A DNA stretch of 64,000 nucleotides, taken from positions 28,892,001-28,956,000 of the forward strand of contig NC_043012.1 in NCBI RefSeq assembly GCF_006345805.1, written 5' to 3'. This document shows positions 1-12,618 of the stretch, in pieces. The DNA comes from Octopus sinensis (Eukaryota). The translations under genes were made by a program, and so were the position numbers. Numbering within the stretch: the stretch's first letter is position 1; every line of letters starts with the position of its first letter. The notes below the pieces were generated by a model, which was not told where the DNA came from, did no database searches, and worked only from the letters and a program-made list of their open reading frames with translations.

Positions 1-892
1 ATATATATTATATATATATATATATATATATTAATATTTAATTAAATATTAAAATAATTTTTTAAGCTATTTTTTATATTCATAAATATCTCTAATAGTT
101 GACTTTGTTCTATTATTGTTTATATATAGCTATTTTCAATTGATAATTTGTAGTAGTATTTTTCGTTGATAAATATATTCGTAGTTTTTATTGGATACTA
201 TATAACTACGGATTGATAATTTCATCGTATAAGTATTTAGGTGTTGAAGATATCTATTTCATTATTTCATTATTAGTTCTTAACTATACGGTTTTTGTAA
301 GTTATTAATTAGCCAACGAGATATATGGATCGTTAAATAGTTATAGGGTTCTTTTAAGATAGTTTATTTGTTTACAATTTGCATTTTCATCTTTAATCTT
401 TTAATATTTAATATATTTCATAAGTAATAATGAATAATTAATTTATTTAGTATTTTATTATACGTATATATATTTATTGATAGAGATAATTTTAGATCTT
501 AATTTTTATATTTATATATATTTATTGATAATTTTGTTATTACTCAAATATTTTATAATTATTTGATTTGAACTTAAATTTAATAATATGAATAGTGATT
601 TTTTTTTGTTAAATAATTAGGTAATTAGATGTTGACTATAACTGAGATTAGGTTATTCGTGAGTTTATTATGTTTTTTAAAGCCATATTATATCTGAATA
701 GATAAATACATTTTCTATCAATTCTTACTTTAAAAAATTAATTTTGAACATTATAATCGATTGTATGACATAATCATAATCGTTAAAGTTTATAGTTTGA
801 TAATAGAGTTTTTTATAAGAAAAATTATTATTTTATTTATTTCTTTAAAATATTGTTTAAATATATTTGCTTATTTATTTAACTATTATCTT

Positions 893-989
893 TAACCTGA
901 AGATTGATTATAACCATAATTCGAATTATTAATTGAATTTAAATTATTGTAATTCGAATTAGGGTATGAGCATGAAACGTACGTAGTGG
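893..989 (+). ncRNA. Type I hammerhead ribozyme motif with long stem II (partly degenerate)
   Basis: CTGAAGA (897-903). Stem II ACCATAATTCGAATTA/TAATTCGAATTAGGGT. GAAA (974-977). Palindromic stem III ACGTACGT, GTA triplet. Stem I weak. Confidence 0.6.
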
Positions 990-1419
990 TTTTACTTTTA
1001 TCTTATATTAAGCATTTTAATACTTTTGATAGTTATATATATTAAAAAGAAATTATTAAAAAATTATAAATATAAATTAATAATTTTAATTTTAAATTTA
1101 AATAATTTAAATTTTTAAATTTTATATTTTATATATTTTGTATATTATATTAATTATTTTTATTTTTATGTTTTGGTTTATATTTTTCATTGTTTGATTT
1201 GCCTAATAGTGGTTTTATCTCCAATTTAATTCATATATATATATATATAATATATATATATGTTCACTAAAAGTGAAGGTTAAATGGATAATATAGTTTG
1301 CGATGATGTAAAGTTTAGGTAAAAATTGGGCATAGGTGAGTTACATGGAGTATAAGTAAGGTAGGGGTTAACAATGGGTGTGATATGTGTTAATGTAATT
1401 ATGGGATTCAATATAAAGA

Positions 1420-1468
<49 letters not shown>

Positions 1469-1475
1469 CTATCTA

Positions 1476-1574
<99 letters not shown>

Positions 1575-1582
1575 TATATATA

Positions 1583-1940
1583 TCACCTTGATCACCTTGA
1601 TCACCTTGACCGACCAGTCCGTCGGGCGCCCATTTGACACCGCTGGTCACAGCACGATGTCCACTCCTCTCTGGATCGCGCCTATCTCATCCACGTGATC
1701 CCAATCGTCCTCCTGAAATCGTAACTCCGCCGTCGTGGAGGCCTTCCGGGTGGTCATTTCCGCTCGCGCTGGTACCACTCGACAATTGCGCCGGTCCACC
1801 GATTATCGGTGAGCCGGGTGACGTGTCCAGCCCTTCTAAACTTGCTGCGTGTATACTCTGCGATGACATCCCTCACTTCATTCTGATGATCTCTCTACTG
1901 ATGTGCTCTCTCAACGAGATACCAAGCATTGACCTACATA
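1583..1940 (-). mobile_element. RTE-clade LINE 3' fragment with (CAAGGTGAT)n tail
   Basis: Minus-strand translation RSMLGISLREHI..RAGHVTRLTDNRWTGAIVEWY..RK*PPGRPPRR resembles the RTE ORF C-terminus. Short tandem-repeat tail at 1583-1610. Confidence 0.8.
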
Positions 1941-1982
1941 TATGTATATGTATATATCTATATCTATATCTATCTATCTATG

Positions 1983-2042
<60 letters not shown>

Positions 2043-2044
<2 letters not shown>

Positions 2045-2800
2045 AATATATTTCGTCTTCTAATTGTTTTGCGTTCTTGTCCCAGTTTGTGTTTTTTTAC
2101 ATTTACCTATTATATGGCGGCGCCCGTAACCCCTTTTGATATTGTATGTAAAATACATTTTCTCTCTAATACATGGTACGACTCAATAACACTGTCTCTC
2201 TCTCTCCCCCTCTCCTACATTTCTCTGCCTTTCACACTGTGCACTCCACGTTGACCCGTCTCTTTCTCTCTTCCTCTGTCCCGCTTTTCTCCCCCCTCTT
2301 CTCACACGTGACTAACTTTGGACTGCTGTCCTGCCTTTTCGTGATCAACGGCCGTATAGGCTAGACACATTTTTTCTCTCTTCGCCTTCAGGCATTTTTT
2401 CAATGCGCCAGCTGAAGTTCACCCGTCCTGTCGAAAAGACGCCTGTCTGTAACGTCCTGTTTTTGTTATTATTATTATCATTATTGTTTTTACGTATTTT
2501 CGTATTCTTATTCGTGTTATCATTATTCATTTTACGTATTTTTGTATTCTTATTCGTTCCCGTCCTTGTTTTGTATACATTCGAGGCTTTCTTCCAAGGA
2601 ATCTAATGCGCTTGGCATAGATTTTCCTTTGGGGCTGGCCAGATCGGAGCAATCTCAAGATTAATCAGCCGAAATTGCGAAGATGATCCGGTTCTTGACT
2701 GAAGATCGAAGGCTTCGAATGTCCCGTCCGTTTTTTTGTATCGTCTTCTAAATGTTTTGCGTTCTTGTACCAGTTTGTGTTTCTTTACATTTACCTTATA
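2043..2800. mobile_element. Non-coding ~690-bp element with ~60-bp terminal direct repeat, microsatellite-flanked
   Basis: TCGTCTTCTAA..TTTTGCGTTCTTGT..TTTACATTTACCT occurs at ~2053-2108 and ~2741-2797. Confidence 0.55.
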
Positions 2801-2820
2801 TATATATATATATATATAAT

Positions 2821-2861
<41 letters not shown>

Positions 2862-2863
<2 letters not shown>

Positions 2864-3605
2864 ATAAATTAAGAAAAGGAGTTAAATGCGGGTGTTATTC
2901 AAATCAATTAGACTTCCAACTTTCGAAAACATCATTGAGATTATTCCGGAGGGAATAACAATGATGTAAACCAATGTAATCATCTCGCCAGAGAAACAGG
3001 AACAAAACACATCAATAAGCCATTTTAACTGAATGTGATTACCGCGTACATAAGAATATGATGTTACTTTTTTAAGCGTTATTTAAAAAAAACCTTTCAT
3101 AGATTTAACGTCAAAGGTAAATTAGAGAAAGAGAAGGAGGAGAAAGAAAGAAATGAACTGAAAATTAAGAGTGGAAAAATATAGTGTGATAGATGAATGG
3201 AAATAAAGTTTAAAAGCGTGGAAATAGATATATGTAGTGGAATGAAATGTAAGAAGATAGTTGAAGGTCAAATTTTATAGATTGGTGGAACTTACTTATA
3301 GGAACTACAAATATGTTTTTGACAATGTTTACAACAATAAACGCGTTCTTTAAACGTGTTTTCAAGAGTATTCTTCGAGAAAAGGCTGACAAGTAGCTCT
3401 TCGTTACAGAGCGGACAAAAAGATTTACCTTTGTCATATGGGAAAGATCAAGATAGAATTTTCCATTCCAAACCGTATTGTTTATTATGTTCCTTTTGAG
3501 ACCAAATTAATTAACTAAGCCCAGTATTGTTGTGTTTCTTAATATGTCTAACATGTAGAATAATGGTCAGATATTCTTTTCGACAACTGAGGGGAATATA
3601 TATGT
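2862..3605 (-). mobile_element. Penelope-like element 3' remnant (GIY-YIG C-terminal region plus 3' UTR)
   Basis: Minus translation NTGLS*LIWSQKEHNKQYGLEWKILS*SFPYDKGKSFCPLCNEE..CCKH matches the T-LS-IW / WKI / CxLC / CxH pattern of PLE endonucleases. Confidence 0.7.
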
Positions 3606-3611
3606 ATTTTC

Positions 3612-3794
<183 letters not shown>

Positions 3795-3875
3795 TGAATG
3801 GATAAACGAAAGAAGGGCAGTCAATACATGTATTAGGATTTACAAATATATATCAAAACAGTTTGATTCAAATTC

Positions 3876-3922
3876 ATTTTATACTCCGTGAGTTTCAAGC
3901 GTGATGTTAATCTTCAGCCATT
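3876..3922 (-). ncRNA. Degenerate hammerhead motif
   Basis: CTGAAGA-14 nt-GAAA-CTC ACG GAG-TA. Stem III pairs, but stems I and II are poor. Confidence 0.35.
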
Positions 3923-5005
3923 TTGAATTTGAATGAAAGAAGATGATTGTTATCACCGTAAGTTGGGCTGCGATTAGTCGAGGAAGGTCACGTTGTGTCG
4001 TGGTTTAATGTTGTTATAACCGTATATCAGTGCCGACAGTTAGTTGAGAAACACAGCATAGTGAACAGGAATTAGACCATGTGGTGGGGAGGAAATCGAC
4101 TGCGTGGTGGACAGGAAATCTTTCAGGTTATTGGAGTGGAGGTAGGAAGGGGCGGTATGCGCAAGTATATAGTTGTATATGTGGGTATGTGGACGCACTC
4201 ATGGTTTTGCATACATTTCTGTATTGATGCAAGCGCGTGCATTTACGCATGGGCGCGCACGCGTCTCCATGCATAGAGAAATATAAATGGACAAGCGAGC
4301 GCATATGCACACACACGCGCACGCACACACACATACATACACGTGCACTCATACAAATAGACGTCCACGCGCGGACACTCACACACACGCACACACAAAC
4401 ACACACACATACTGACACTTGCGTATGTACGATGCATGCATGCATGCACTCTTCTACGAGAACCCATCCACCACTACACCTTTGGATAAATTCGGCTTCA
4501 AATACCGAAAGCACCCCCACCCACGTATGAAAGACCTTGAGAACTTCGAGACTGACCTATGGAATATTGTAAAGAAGCTAGTGTTTCCTGAAATCCCTAA
4601 ATGACAATATGACTAGCATTAAACAATCGCCTAACATACACAGCCTCGCAGACTTAACGAAGAACATTTACGAAATAAACACTTCCATACACTCAAGACA
4701 TCTTAAAATCGCCATCACCAAAACATACAGGAAAACTCGTAATTGCACATACATTGACATAAACATAGAAGCAAAGGAGCTAGCCACCCGCCTTAATATA
4801 GAGCAGCGTTTCTCAACCGGGTACCCCGGAACCCTTGTGTTCCACAAAAGGTTCCTAGGGTTCCACGAGAAAGAGTGAGATAAGCTAATGCTAATTTCAT
4901 GACCGTAATATTACTATACATGCACAATGTATTATTGGTTATTGTAATATGGTAATATAGACATCATCCTATCTAACTTATTATGTTATCAAAAAAGTAT
5001 AACAA

Positions 5006-5065
<60 letters not shown>

Positions 5066-5074
5066 TTTTATATA

Positions 5075-5780
5075 TAGAGGGCATTATTATACATACATGC
5101 CACACGCTAAGAGGGACAAAATTAGTCATTTCTACCAAAAATTTTACTAATGTATAATAATGTATACTAATGTATAATAATGCCCTCTATATATAAATTA
5201 ATATGTTCAATAAGAAAGAATTATTTTCGAAATTTTTTCTTTTATGAGGTTTTTCACGCTATCTACCGATAATTTCTTGTTAAGTTTTCCTTATTAAGAA
5301 GTTGTCCTTAATTGCTAAATTTTTTTTCCGAAAAAACTTTTCCTTTCCCGAAATGCAATTCGTAAAAGTCTGCCATTTACCGGATGTAATATATGTAAAC
5401 CCACCCATGTGCTTCGTTGAAGTTGATCAGATAGTTGCTCGGCTTAGACGAGTTGGGTTCGTTTATTTATGATGCGTCCAGACTTGCTGATGAATACAGA
5501 GGTATGAAATCATAGGTGATACAAGTCCATATTTTTAAATGTCTTACTTTGAAAAATTGCATTCGGTGGGATTAGTAAAATTTTTGGTAGAAATGACTAA
5601 TTTTGTCCCTCTTAGCGTGTGGCATGTATGTATAATAATGCCCTCTATATATAAATTAATATGTTCAATAAGAAAGAATTATTTTCGAAATTTTTTCTTT
5701 TATGAGGTTTTTCACGCTATCTACCCGATAATTTCTTGTTAAGTTTTCCTTATTAAGAAGTTGTCCTTAATTGCTAAATA
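5075..5780 (+). mobile_element. Retrozyme-like / non-autonomous PLE: ~460-bp unit with partial tandem copy, 5' inverted segment and central hammerhead
   Basis: ~150-bp direct repeat at 5170-5320 and 5630-5780. 5076-5150 is the reverse complement of ~5570-5650. Flanked by (TA)n. Confidence 0.8.
5481..5527 (+). ncRNA. Intact type I hammerhead ribozyme
   Basis: GACTTG-CTGATGA-ATAC(AGAG)GTAT-GAA-ATCA(TAGG)TGAT-A-CAAGTC. All three stems are Watson-Crick paired and the core is intact. Confidence 0.88.
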
Positions 5781-8267
5781 TATATATATACATATATGAT
5801 GTTTACTACGTGAACTACGATGAAAAAATATGAGAAAGATATGATATATAATTTTTTTGTGCAGGGGTTCTTTGAGACATAATTTATCTTAAGAGTTACG
5901 CAAGAGTAAAAAGGTTCAGAAGCATTGACATAGAAGATCGCATGTACTACCTCGTCCTCCCCCTAACACACACACACATTACACTTAAGGGCCATAAGCC
6001 AAACTTCCTTTTCAATCACAAATGTAGGCTGATCGACCCCTCTGAAAGTGACAGAGGTATCAGCAAACGAATTCTCGATACTATTAACTACAATATCAGA
6101 AGAGCTACAGGGTTGACTCAACGGAACTACAGCGCAGCCGTGATCGACTGGTTTTGCGGTACCGAGAATAAATCAGCCTGCAGATTCACCCCGTTCTATT
6201 GTTTCATATCTAAACCCTCCTCCTGAAGGTCCTAACTTTTGCTGAGCAATACACAAGCATTAGTGATATTGATATCAGAATTATCATGAATGCCAGAAAG
6301 TCAATTCTGGTCCGAGACAATTCCTTCTGGGTGAAGAAAGAAGGTGATCCATTGTTTGATGTCTCTATGAGGATCTTTAACGGGGCTGAAATCCCCGACC
6401 TCGTCGGGTTATACATCTTAGATACCCTCAAGAGACATAACCACCCACATAGGTCGGCCCTCCATAGGGACGACAGTTGGCTATCTCAAGGCATATGAAC
6501 GGTCACGTCATGGACAGATACAGGAAGGACTCGATAAAAATATTTAAGGAGTTCGGCCTGTCCATAACGGCTACCATCAACCTGACTACAGGCGACTACT
6601 TGGACGTAACCTTAAACCTGTATACGGGGAATTATTACCCTTACAGGAAGCTTAACGCGGAAACAGTATACATCCACAAGAGTTCAAACCATCCCCACCC
6701 CGTTGTAATTAGAAACCTAGTTGCAGGGATTAGCAAACGTCTATCTAATCTCTCGGCTAATAGAGAGATCTTTAACAGGGCTACCCCCACTACAACGCTG
6801 CTTTGACTAGGAGCAGGTTTACTAAGGAGCTCATTTATGTGGACAACCACCATACAGCCTCTCCTTACCTCAAAAAGATTAGGAAAAGGAATGTTATATG
6901 GCATAACCCCCTTTTCAACCTAGAAGTTTCCCTCAACGTAGCTAGGGGCTTCAACCCCCATAATGTGAAGGTGAGCGACTCCTGCTTAGACAATATCGCA
7001 TCCAAAATTGCACTCACCAACAGACGTAAAATTGCACTTGCACCAGTCCCAACCCCAACCTGCGACTTCCGAAACTCTATCATGTGCTCTCTAGAAGGAT
7101 TCTGCTTCTGAAGGTCTGTAGTGTACAGATCTGGGAAGTCCAGATCGACCCCAGAACTTATTTTATGTAAGCCTAGTACTCATTCTATCGATCGCTGTTG
7201 CCGAACCTCTGGTTATTTTACATATTTCTGTTGAAAGCGATCATTTGTAGAAGTTAATAACTGGACTATGTAGAAACTATGCTAGTAGATGTCTGAAGTG
7301 AAGATATAAACGGACGGAAGCATTTATATTCGGCACATTATTCTTTATGAACGGAAATATCTGAATGACTTAGGTAACTATGGTCAGTGGTAATCCAACC
7401 TAATCAGCCCTTCTTTATTCACATATCGTGTGCCCTCGACTATGTTCTCCAATGTGTCTTATTTTTAAAGTGAAACGTGTAATTTGGAATACTTGGCTGC
7501 TATCTATATCCGGTCGAATGAATGCATAGAATTCCTCTTATTACTTCAGTTGAAGAGACGTTTAAGCATCAAGTGTGTGCAATTTAGCTGTGAGATTCAA
7601 AAAGATCTCAGATACCTTTTAAAAACGGTTTCATTGCCAACTTATTAAGAGGTTTAGGGTCTAACTTAATTCTCATATTTTTCAGCTAAAGAGTTATTTA
7701 GGTATCAACTAAATAGTACTTGCAAAACAAGAAATTAGTTTACTTAGCATTTTTGTAAAATATTTGACATATTTTCGCTGGAGAATAAGTATTCATAGAA
7801 ACGGTGACTTTAAATATATTACAGTTTAGATAAAGGAATTACAGTTCTCTAATTCATTAGAATGGCACAAAGAGTGATAAAAAATGGTTTTAGATTATTC
7901 CGATTTTCATCATAATTCAAAGTTTAAATGAATACTTGCAATTTTATTTATGTAAACTTACCAATATTCCAAAAATGTTCAAGAATCACAAGGTTAGTGG
8001 CTAAAGTGCCAAAACAACCGAGGAAAATTTCTGCATTTATTTTTTCGCACAACTTTTGAAGCAAGAGTCTCGTTCTTTACTGATTTCCAACGGATCAATC
8101 ATTAGTTTATAACATTTGTGAAGCTAAGACCGACAAAGTAGGATCGGTAACTCAGTGTAAAACAACTATTGCGTAATTGGATTACCAGTTATCGCGACAG
8201 TGTTTGCATACATACGCGCGCGCATATATATATATATATGTTTGTAAGTGAAAGTATGTGTGCGTGA

Positions 8268-8420
8268 GAGGCTTCTGCAAAATTTCCGTCTATAAATTTC
8301 CATTTATAAAGTATTGGTCAAGCCGAGATATGGAAGAAAATATCGCCCAAAGTTCTGCACAGTGTGATTCGGTCTTGAACGTCGTGGATGCGATGCGAAC
8401 ATCTTTAATCACACGATTCG
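8268..8420 (-). mobile_element. SINE family A, diverged 5' half
   Basis: Similar to the reverse complement of 37161-37320 (TTTCCGTCTA..AAATT..TTGGTC). Confidence 0.55.
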
Positions 8421-9721
8421 CTAGAATAGTTTCAGCCACTAGCTTATAATCGATTGTTCAATCTAATTTGTTAGTCATATGAATACTAATAAGTTAACTG
8501 AGTTTGAGCAAATAGTTAAGTTTTCCACATCTAACACAACACAAGTTTTTGTTATCGTGAACTAACGTCTCTTCAAGACATATTATTTGTTCCAGTAAGA
8601 GAGAACGAATGATATCTAAATCATTTTTGATCAATCGTCTATATTTTTACTGAATGAGTATCCTGTATGAGCAGTCATATGTTGAAGATATTCCATCCAT
8701 GACCATCTTGTCTTAGAAATAGATTATTGTATGTGTTTTTTTCTTGTTGAGAACTAGTCGATAAAACTGCCAAATATATATTTAGAATGAAAAACGTTCT
8801 CCTGGCGTATTTTTTCTGAGATGTAATTTGAGGACGATTTGGCTACTGCTTCTTGATGTATATTCCTTTAGGTATAACTCGAGGGAGATTTAGGTGTCAT
8901 TTCTTTCATGTCGAGAGAACACGTTGGGTCATATGTGAGTATATCGGTGCTTACGATGTGGATACTTTGTTCAACTGTAAACTCGCTTATTTCCTACAAA
9001 CATAAGTATATATGTAGATAAAAATTTAAAACGTTTATCTTAATTTGTCTTACATTTTGTTTATTTCAACCTCATCAAATAGTTGTTGGTCAAACTGACT
9101 CTGAAGTTTTCTTACGATTTTCATATGTACGAAAACCTTAAGTAGTAACAATAAACACCTCACAACAACGAATGGGAACTTCAACCTAAATTTCTAAATT
9201 CTAAAATTAATCTACTGTTATAACATTTTTCTTGGAGCCAAAAACATTTTCTGGGTGTCAAAACTTGCACCCGAGCACACCTAAACTGGTTTGATCTGTT
9301 TTTGCTTGTTTGTTGTGTTTCTCGCGATGTTGGCCGATTTCATATGATTGCTTGAGTTGCTCGCCGGACTGTCGACTGTTAGGCATCACTGAGTTTTCAC
9401 GTTTTATTAATAACAGTGGGCGTACAAGTTATGTGTAAATTGATATCTAACATATATAGTTTCATGTTCTATTTGATTTTGTTTATTTTTATTTTGGTGT
9501 TTCCAGTTACCAACAGCGGCTGGTTTGAAGAAATGATATGGTAAGATGAAAAACTATACAAAACGAAATTTTTCATCGATGTTTTCTTATTTTTGTGACT
9601 GTTAAAAGTTATCAACAAGTCGTTACTACCACTTCTTTTATACTGTTGCTGTCGGATTTATTGGAAAGAAACAATAGCGCCCCTGTTTTACAGTAACGCA
9701 CACCAGCAAACATAACTGTAT

Positions 9722-9764
<43 letters not shown>

Positions 9765-10135
9765 GTGTGTGTGTGAGTACGGTGAGCGCGGGTGCTCGTT
9801 TGCATGTGTTAGTGTTCGCGTATTTATGTGTATATGCATGTATGTATTCCCATACATAGATTCTTTCATACATACATATAATCACAAAAATACAGGTTCG
9901 CCTACTTGCATTTTCATATCAATATTAAACTTTCAGGATCTTTTCCTTTTGATGGACGGAATTTTCTAGTTAACTAAAAAAATTGAAACTTCATATACTG
10001 GTAGAATATGTCAAAAGAAAACATTATTGTAAACAAAACTGAAAACAAAATTGTAATTTGTAAGTTTAACGTAGTTTAATTATTAAGCAAAAGGAAAAGA
10101 TCCGAGGTTTTTGTGTATGTATATATATATATAAT

Positions 10136-10344
10136 AAATGCGCCCTTTTAAAGTCTAGTCAGGCTCATGGGCCCGGTTTCCCGGTTTCTATGGCTTATGT
10201 GTTCGCCAGCTGCACGGGACGCCAGTCCATCGCAGCGTTACTCATTTTTGCATGCTGAGAGGACTGGAGCAACGGGAAATGAAGTGTCTTTCTCAAGAAC
10301 ACAACGCGTCGCCCGATCCAGGAATCGAAACCACGATCCCCGCC

Positions 10345-10345
<1 letters not shown>
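10136..10345 (-). mobile_element. tRNA-derived SINE (family C), partial
   Basis: B-box-like GGTTTCGATTCC on the minus strand, followed by GTGTTCTTGAGAAAGACACTT core-like sequence. Confidence 0.65.
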
Positions 10346-10383
<38 letters not shown>

Positions 10384-10394
10384 CGTGTATGTTT

Positions 10395-10606
10395 GTGCGT
10401 GCATGTTTGTGTGTCTGTGTTTGTCCCTCGCATTGCTTGACAACCGATGCTGGTGTGTTTACGTCCCCGTCACTTAGCGGTTCGGCAAAAGAGACCGATA
10501 GAATAAGTACTGGGCTTACAAAGAATAAGTCCCGGGGTCGAGTTGATGGACTAAAGGCGGTGCTCCAGTATGGCCGCAGTCAAATGACTGAAACAAGTAA
10601 AAGAGT
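10395..10606 (+). mobile_element. SINE family A, 3' half
   Basis: Near-identical to 37350-37554. Confidence 0.8.
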
Positions 10607-10608
10607 AT

Positions 10609-10643
<35 letters not shown>

Positions 10644-10851
10644 GAGAGGTTTTGAGTTATCTAGAAGTTCCAAAAAAACAGGTAAGGCTTTGTAAGTGCT
10701 ATGGAAGGACCACACTTTTAGACTCCCGATTCGATAGAATGAGTGAGGAGTCTAACGCGGGTCGTGTGTGAGCGTGTATGTGTTAAATAAAATGACACAA
10801 CAAAGTTAAGGCAGTGTGAAATTTCTAGGACATTTTATGAAGAGAAAGGTA

Positions 10852-10899
10852 GTTTTACAGCTGTTTCAGAGATATTAAAGATATCCCATCATCAGAGAC
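10852..10899 (-). ncRNA. Type I hammerhead (ACAGCTGT family)
   Basis: GTCT-CTGATGA-TGGGATAT..ATATCTCT-GAAA-CAGCTG-TA-AAAC. One stem I mismatch. Confidence 0.72.
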
Positions 10900-11226
10900 G
10901 ATAGAGATTTAAATAGAAGGAAATAGTAAGAGTTCAATATAAGAATTTATTTTGGAATGGGAGAGATATAGGAAGTATATTGGGAAATATAAGAATAAAA
11001 ATAAAACTATATGCTGGATGTTAAATTTGCTGTTCCATTATCCATGGAATGTGTTGTGTAGAATGGCTTCTTGTCAGGAGTTCATAATTTGTTACTACAA
11101 ATGGATTGCGAGCAGTTATTAATTCTATGTGGTGTTCATTCAAAGGGATCTTATAGTGTCAATGAAAATTTGAGAATAGAATAGATAAGGAAGTTAGGAG
11201 GAAGAAAAAAGGATTAGGAGAGGAAA

Positions 11227-11267
<41 letters not shown>

Positions 11268-11757
11268 GGAAAATAAAAAAGGAATGCTAGATGGTGGTCA
11301 AGATATTGTGAAAGGGTGGGGAGAGGAGAGCTATCAGTAGATAAAAGGAAGAAGAGGAGGAATAGAAAGCAGAGATAAGAATGTAAAGAAGGAATATGTG
11401 TGAGAAGTAGGAAGTGGGGTGATACGTTTGAAAGAGTCTAAGGTGGAGGAATAAAGAATGTGGTACGGAGTGGAGTAATAAAAGTGAGTAGTAAACCTCA
11501 AAAAGGCAAGGAAGAATAAGAAACTATAATGGTCAAGTTTCTAAAAATAGATGTAGATATTTATATGAGGTCAGAGATTGTACTAGTTAAAGTGATAGTA
11601 GGAATTAATAAATCAGTGAGAGATAGAAAAATATGTATAGAGATATACTCGCACACGCATACATATAGATGTGTATATGCACTATTCTATAGGACCGCAT
11701 ACACACACATATACGTATACATATGTATCCATACACATACGCATATATGTATGTATG

Positions 11758-11790
<33 letters not shown>

Positions 11791-11794
11791 AACA

Positions 11795-11861
<67 letters not shown>

Positions 11862-11984
11862 GATATTAAACAATTAAAAAATTGAAAATTAAAAATTAAA
11901 AAATTGGGACGTCAAATGAGGTTGTTGGAAGTTACCCTCCAATGTGTATTCGGTATATGTTCTGTGTGGTAATTTAGGTTGCAT

Positions 11985-12445
11985 TTAGATTTGTGGTAAA
12001 ATTTGAAGGTATGAAAAAAGCGGTGGTTGCATGTACCTAGGGCCTCATTATACTTATTTAGCAGTATTGAAGAGTTATGTTTTAATATGCGGAATGTCTC
12101 TTTTAGGAATAGCTTACAGGCTGAGTGTTGATCCTGGTATGGAAGCCCTGAATCTATTATGGACCATGATAAATGCTATGGAATATTTATATTTTTAAGA
12201 TGATGAATGTGACTAGCGAGGGTTGTGGATTTACTGTGTTTCTCGTATCTAAAAGAATTGAGATGTGCAGGGTATCTCTGTTTAACATTTATAGTTGATC
12301 CTATATATATGGTTGTAGAATTGTGTAGCGTGTTGAGGACTGTGCATTTGTTTATTACGTTAGACCTTCTGCAACGGGTTTGTAGAGGGCAAATGGTCCC
12401 AGAGCGTCAGTTACATGATAGTGCATTGTGGGGATTATTCTCAGG
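11985..12445 (-). pseudogene. GIY-YIG endonuclease domain of a PLE
   Basis: CN*RSGTICPLQTRCRRSNVINKCTV..IYIGST..KQRY..HLNSF..STTLASHI..WSII..CKLFLKE..LLNKYNE..CNH, with two in-frame stops. Confidence 0.85.
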
Positions 12446-12534
12446 AATGGAGGAAGTAATACTGTCTAGGGAGGGGATAGAGATGGGGGTACATTGGTCT
12501 GTGTTATTATTATTATTACTATTATTATTATTAC

Positions 12535-12614
<80 letters not shown>

Positions 12615-12618
<4 letters not shown>

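Larger units (their letters stand above)
4804..5927. mobile_element. hAT (Charlie-like) non-autonomous element
   Basis: TIR-like ends CAGCGTTTCTCAACC / GGTTCAGAAGCATTG. 8-bp TSD ATATAGAG / ACATAGAA (6/8 match). The PLE frame ..LNIE resumes as IEDRM after the insertion. Confidence 0.75.
4478..7130 (+). mobile_element. Penelope-like retroelement, degenerate RT plus start of endonuclease region, interrupted by a hAT MITE
   Basis: Fragments FGFKYRK..ENFETDLW, ITLKGHKPNF..KCRLIDP, FDVSM..GAEIPDLVGLYIL, LHRDD, YLDVTLNL..YPYRK..YIHKSSNHP, CDFR..CSLEGFC. Many stops and frameshifts. Confidence 0.85.

Noticed and set aside
2905-2996. Minus-strand CTGGCGA..long stem..GAAA in the PLE 3' UTR
   Set aside because: The position is plausible for an HHR, but the core, stem I and stem III are all disrupted. 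Not counted.
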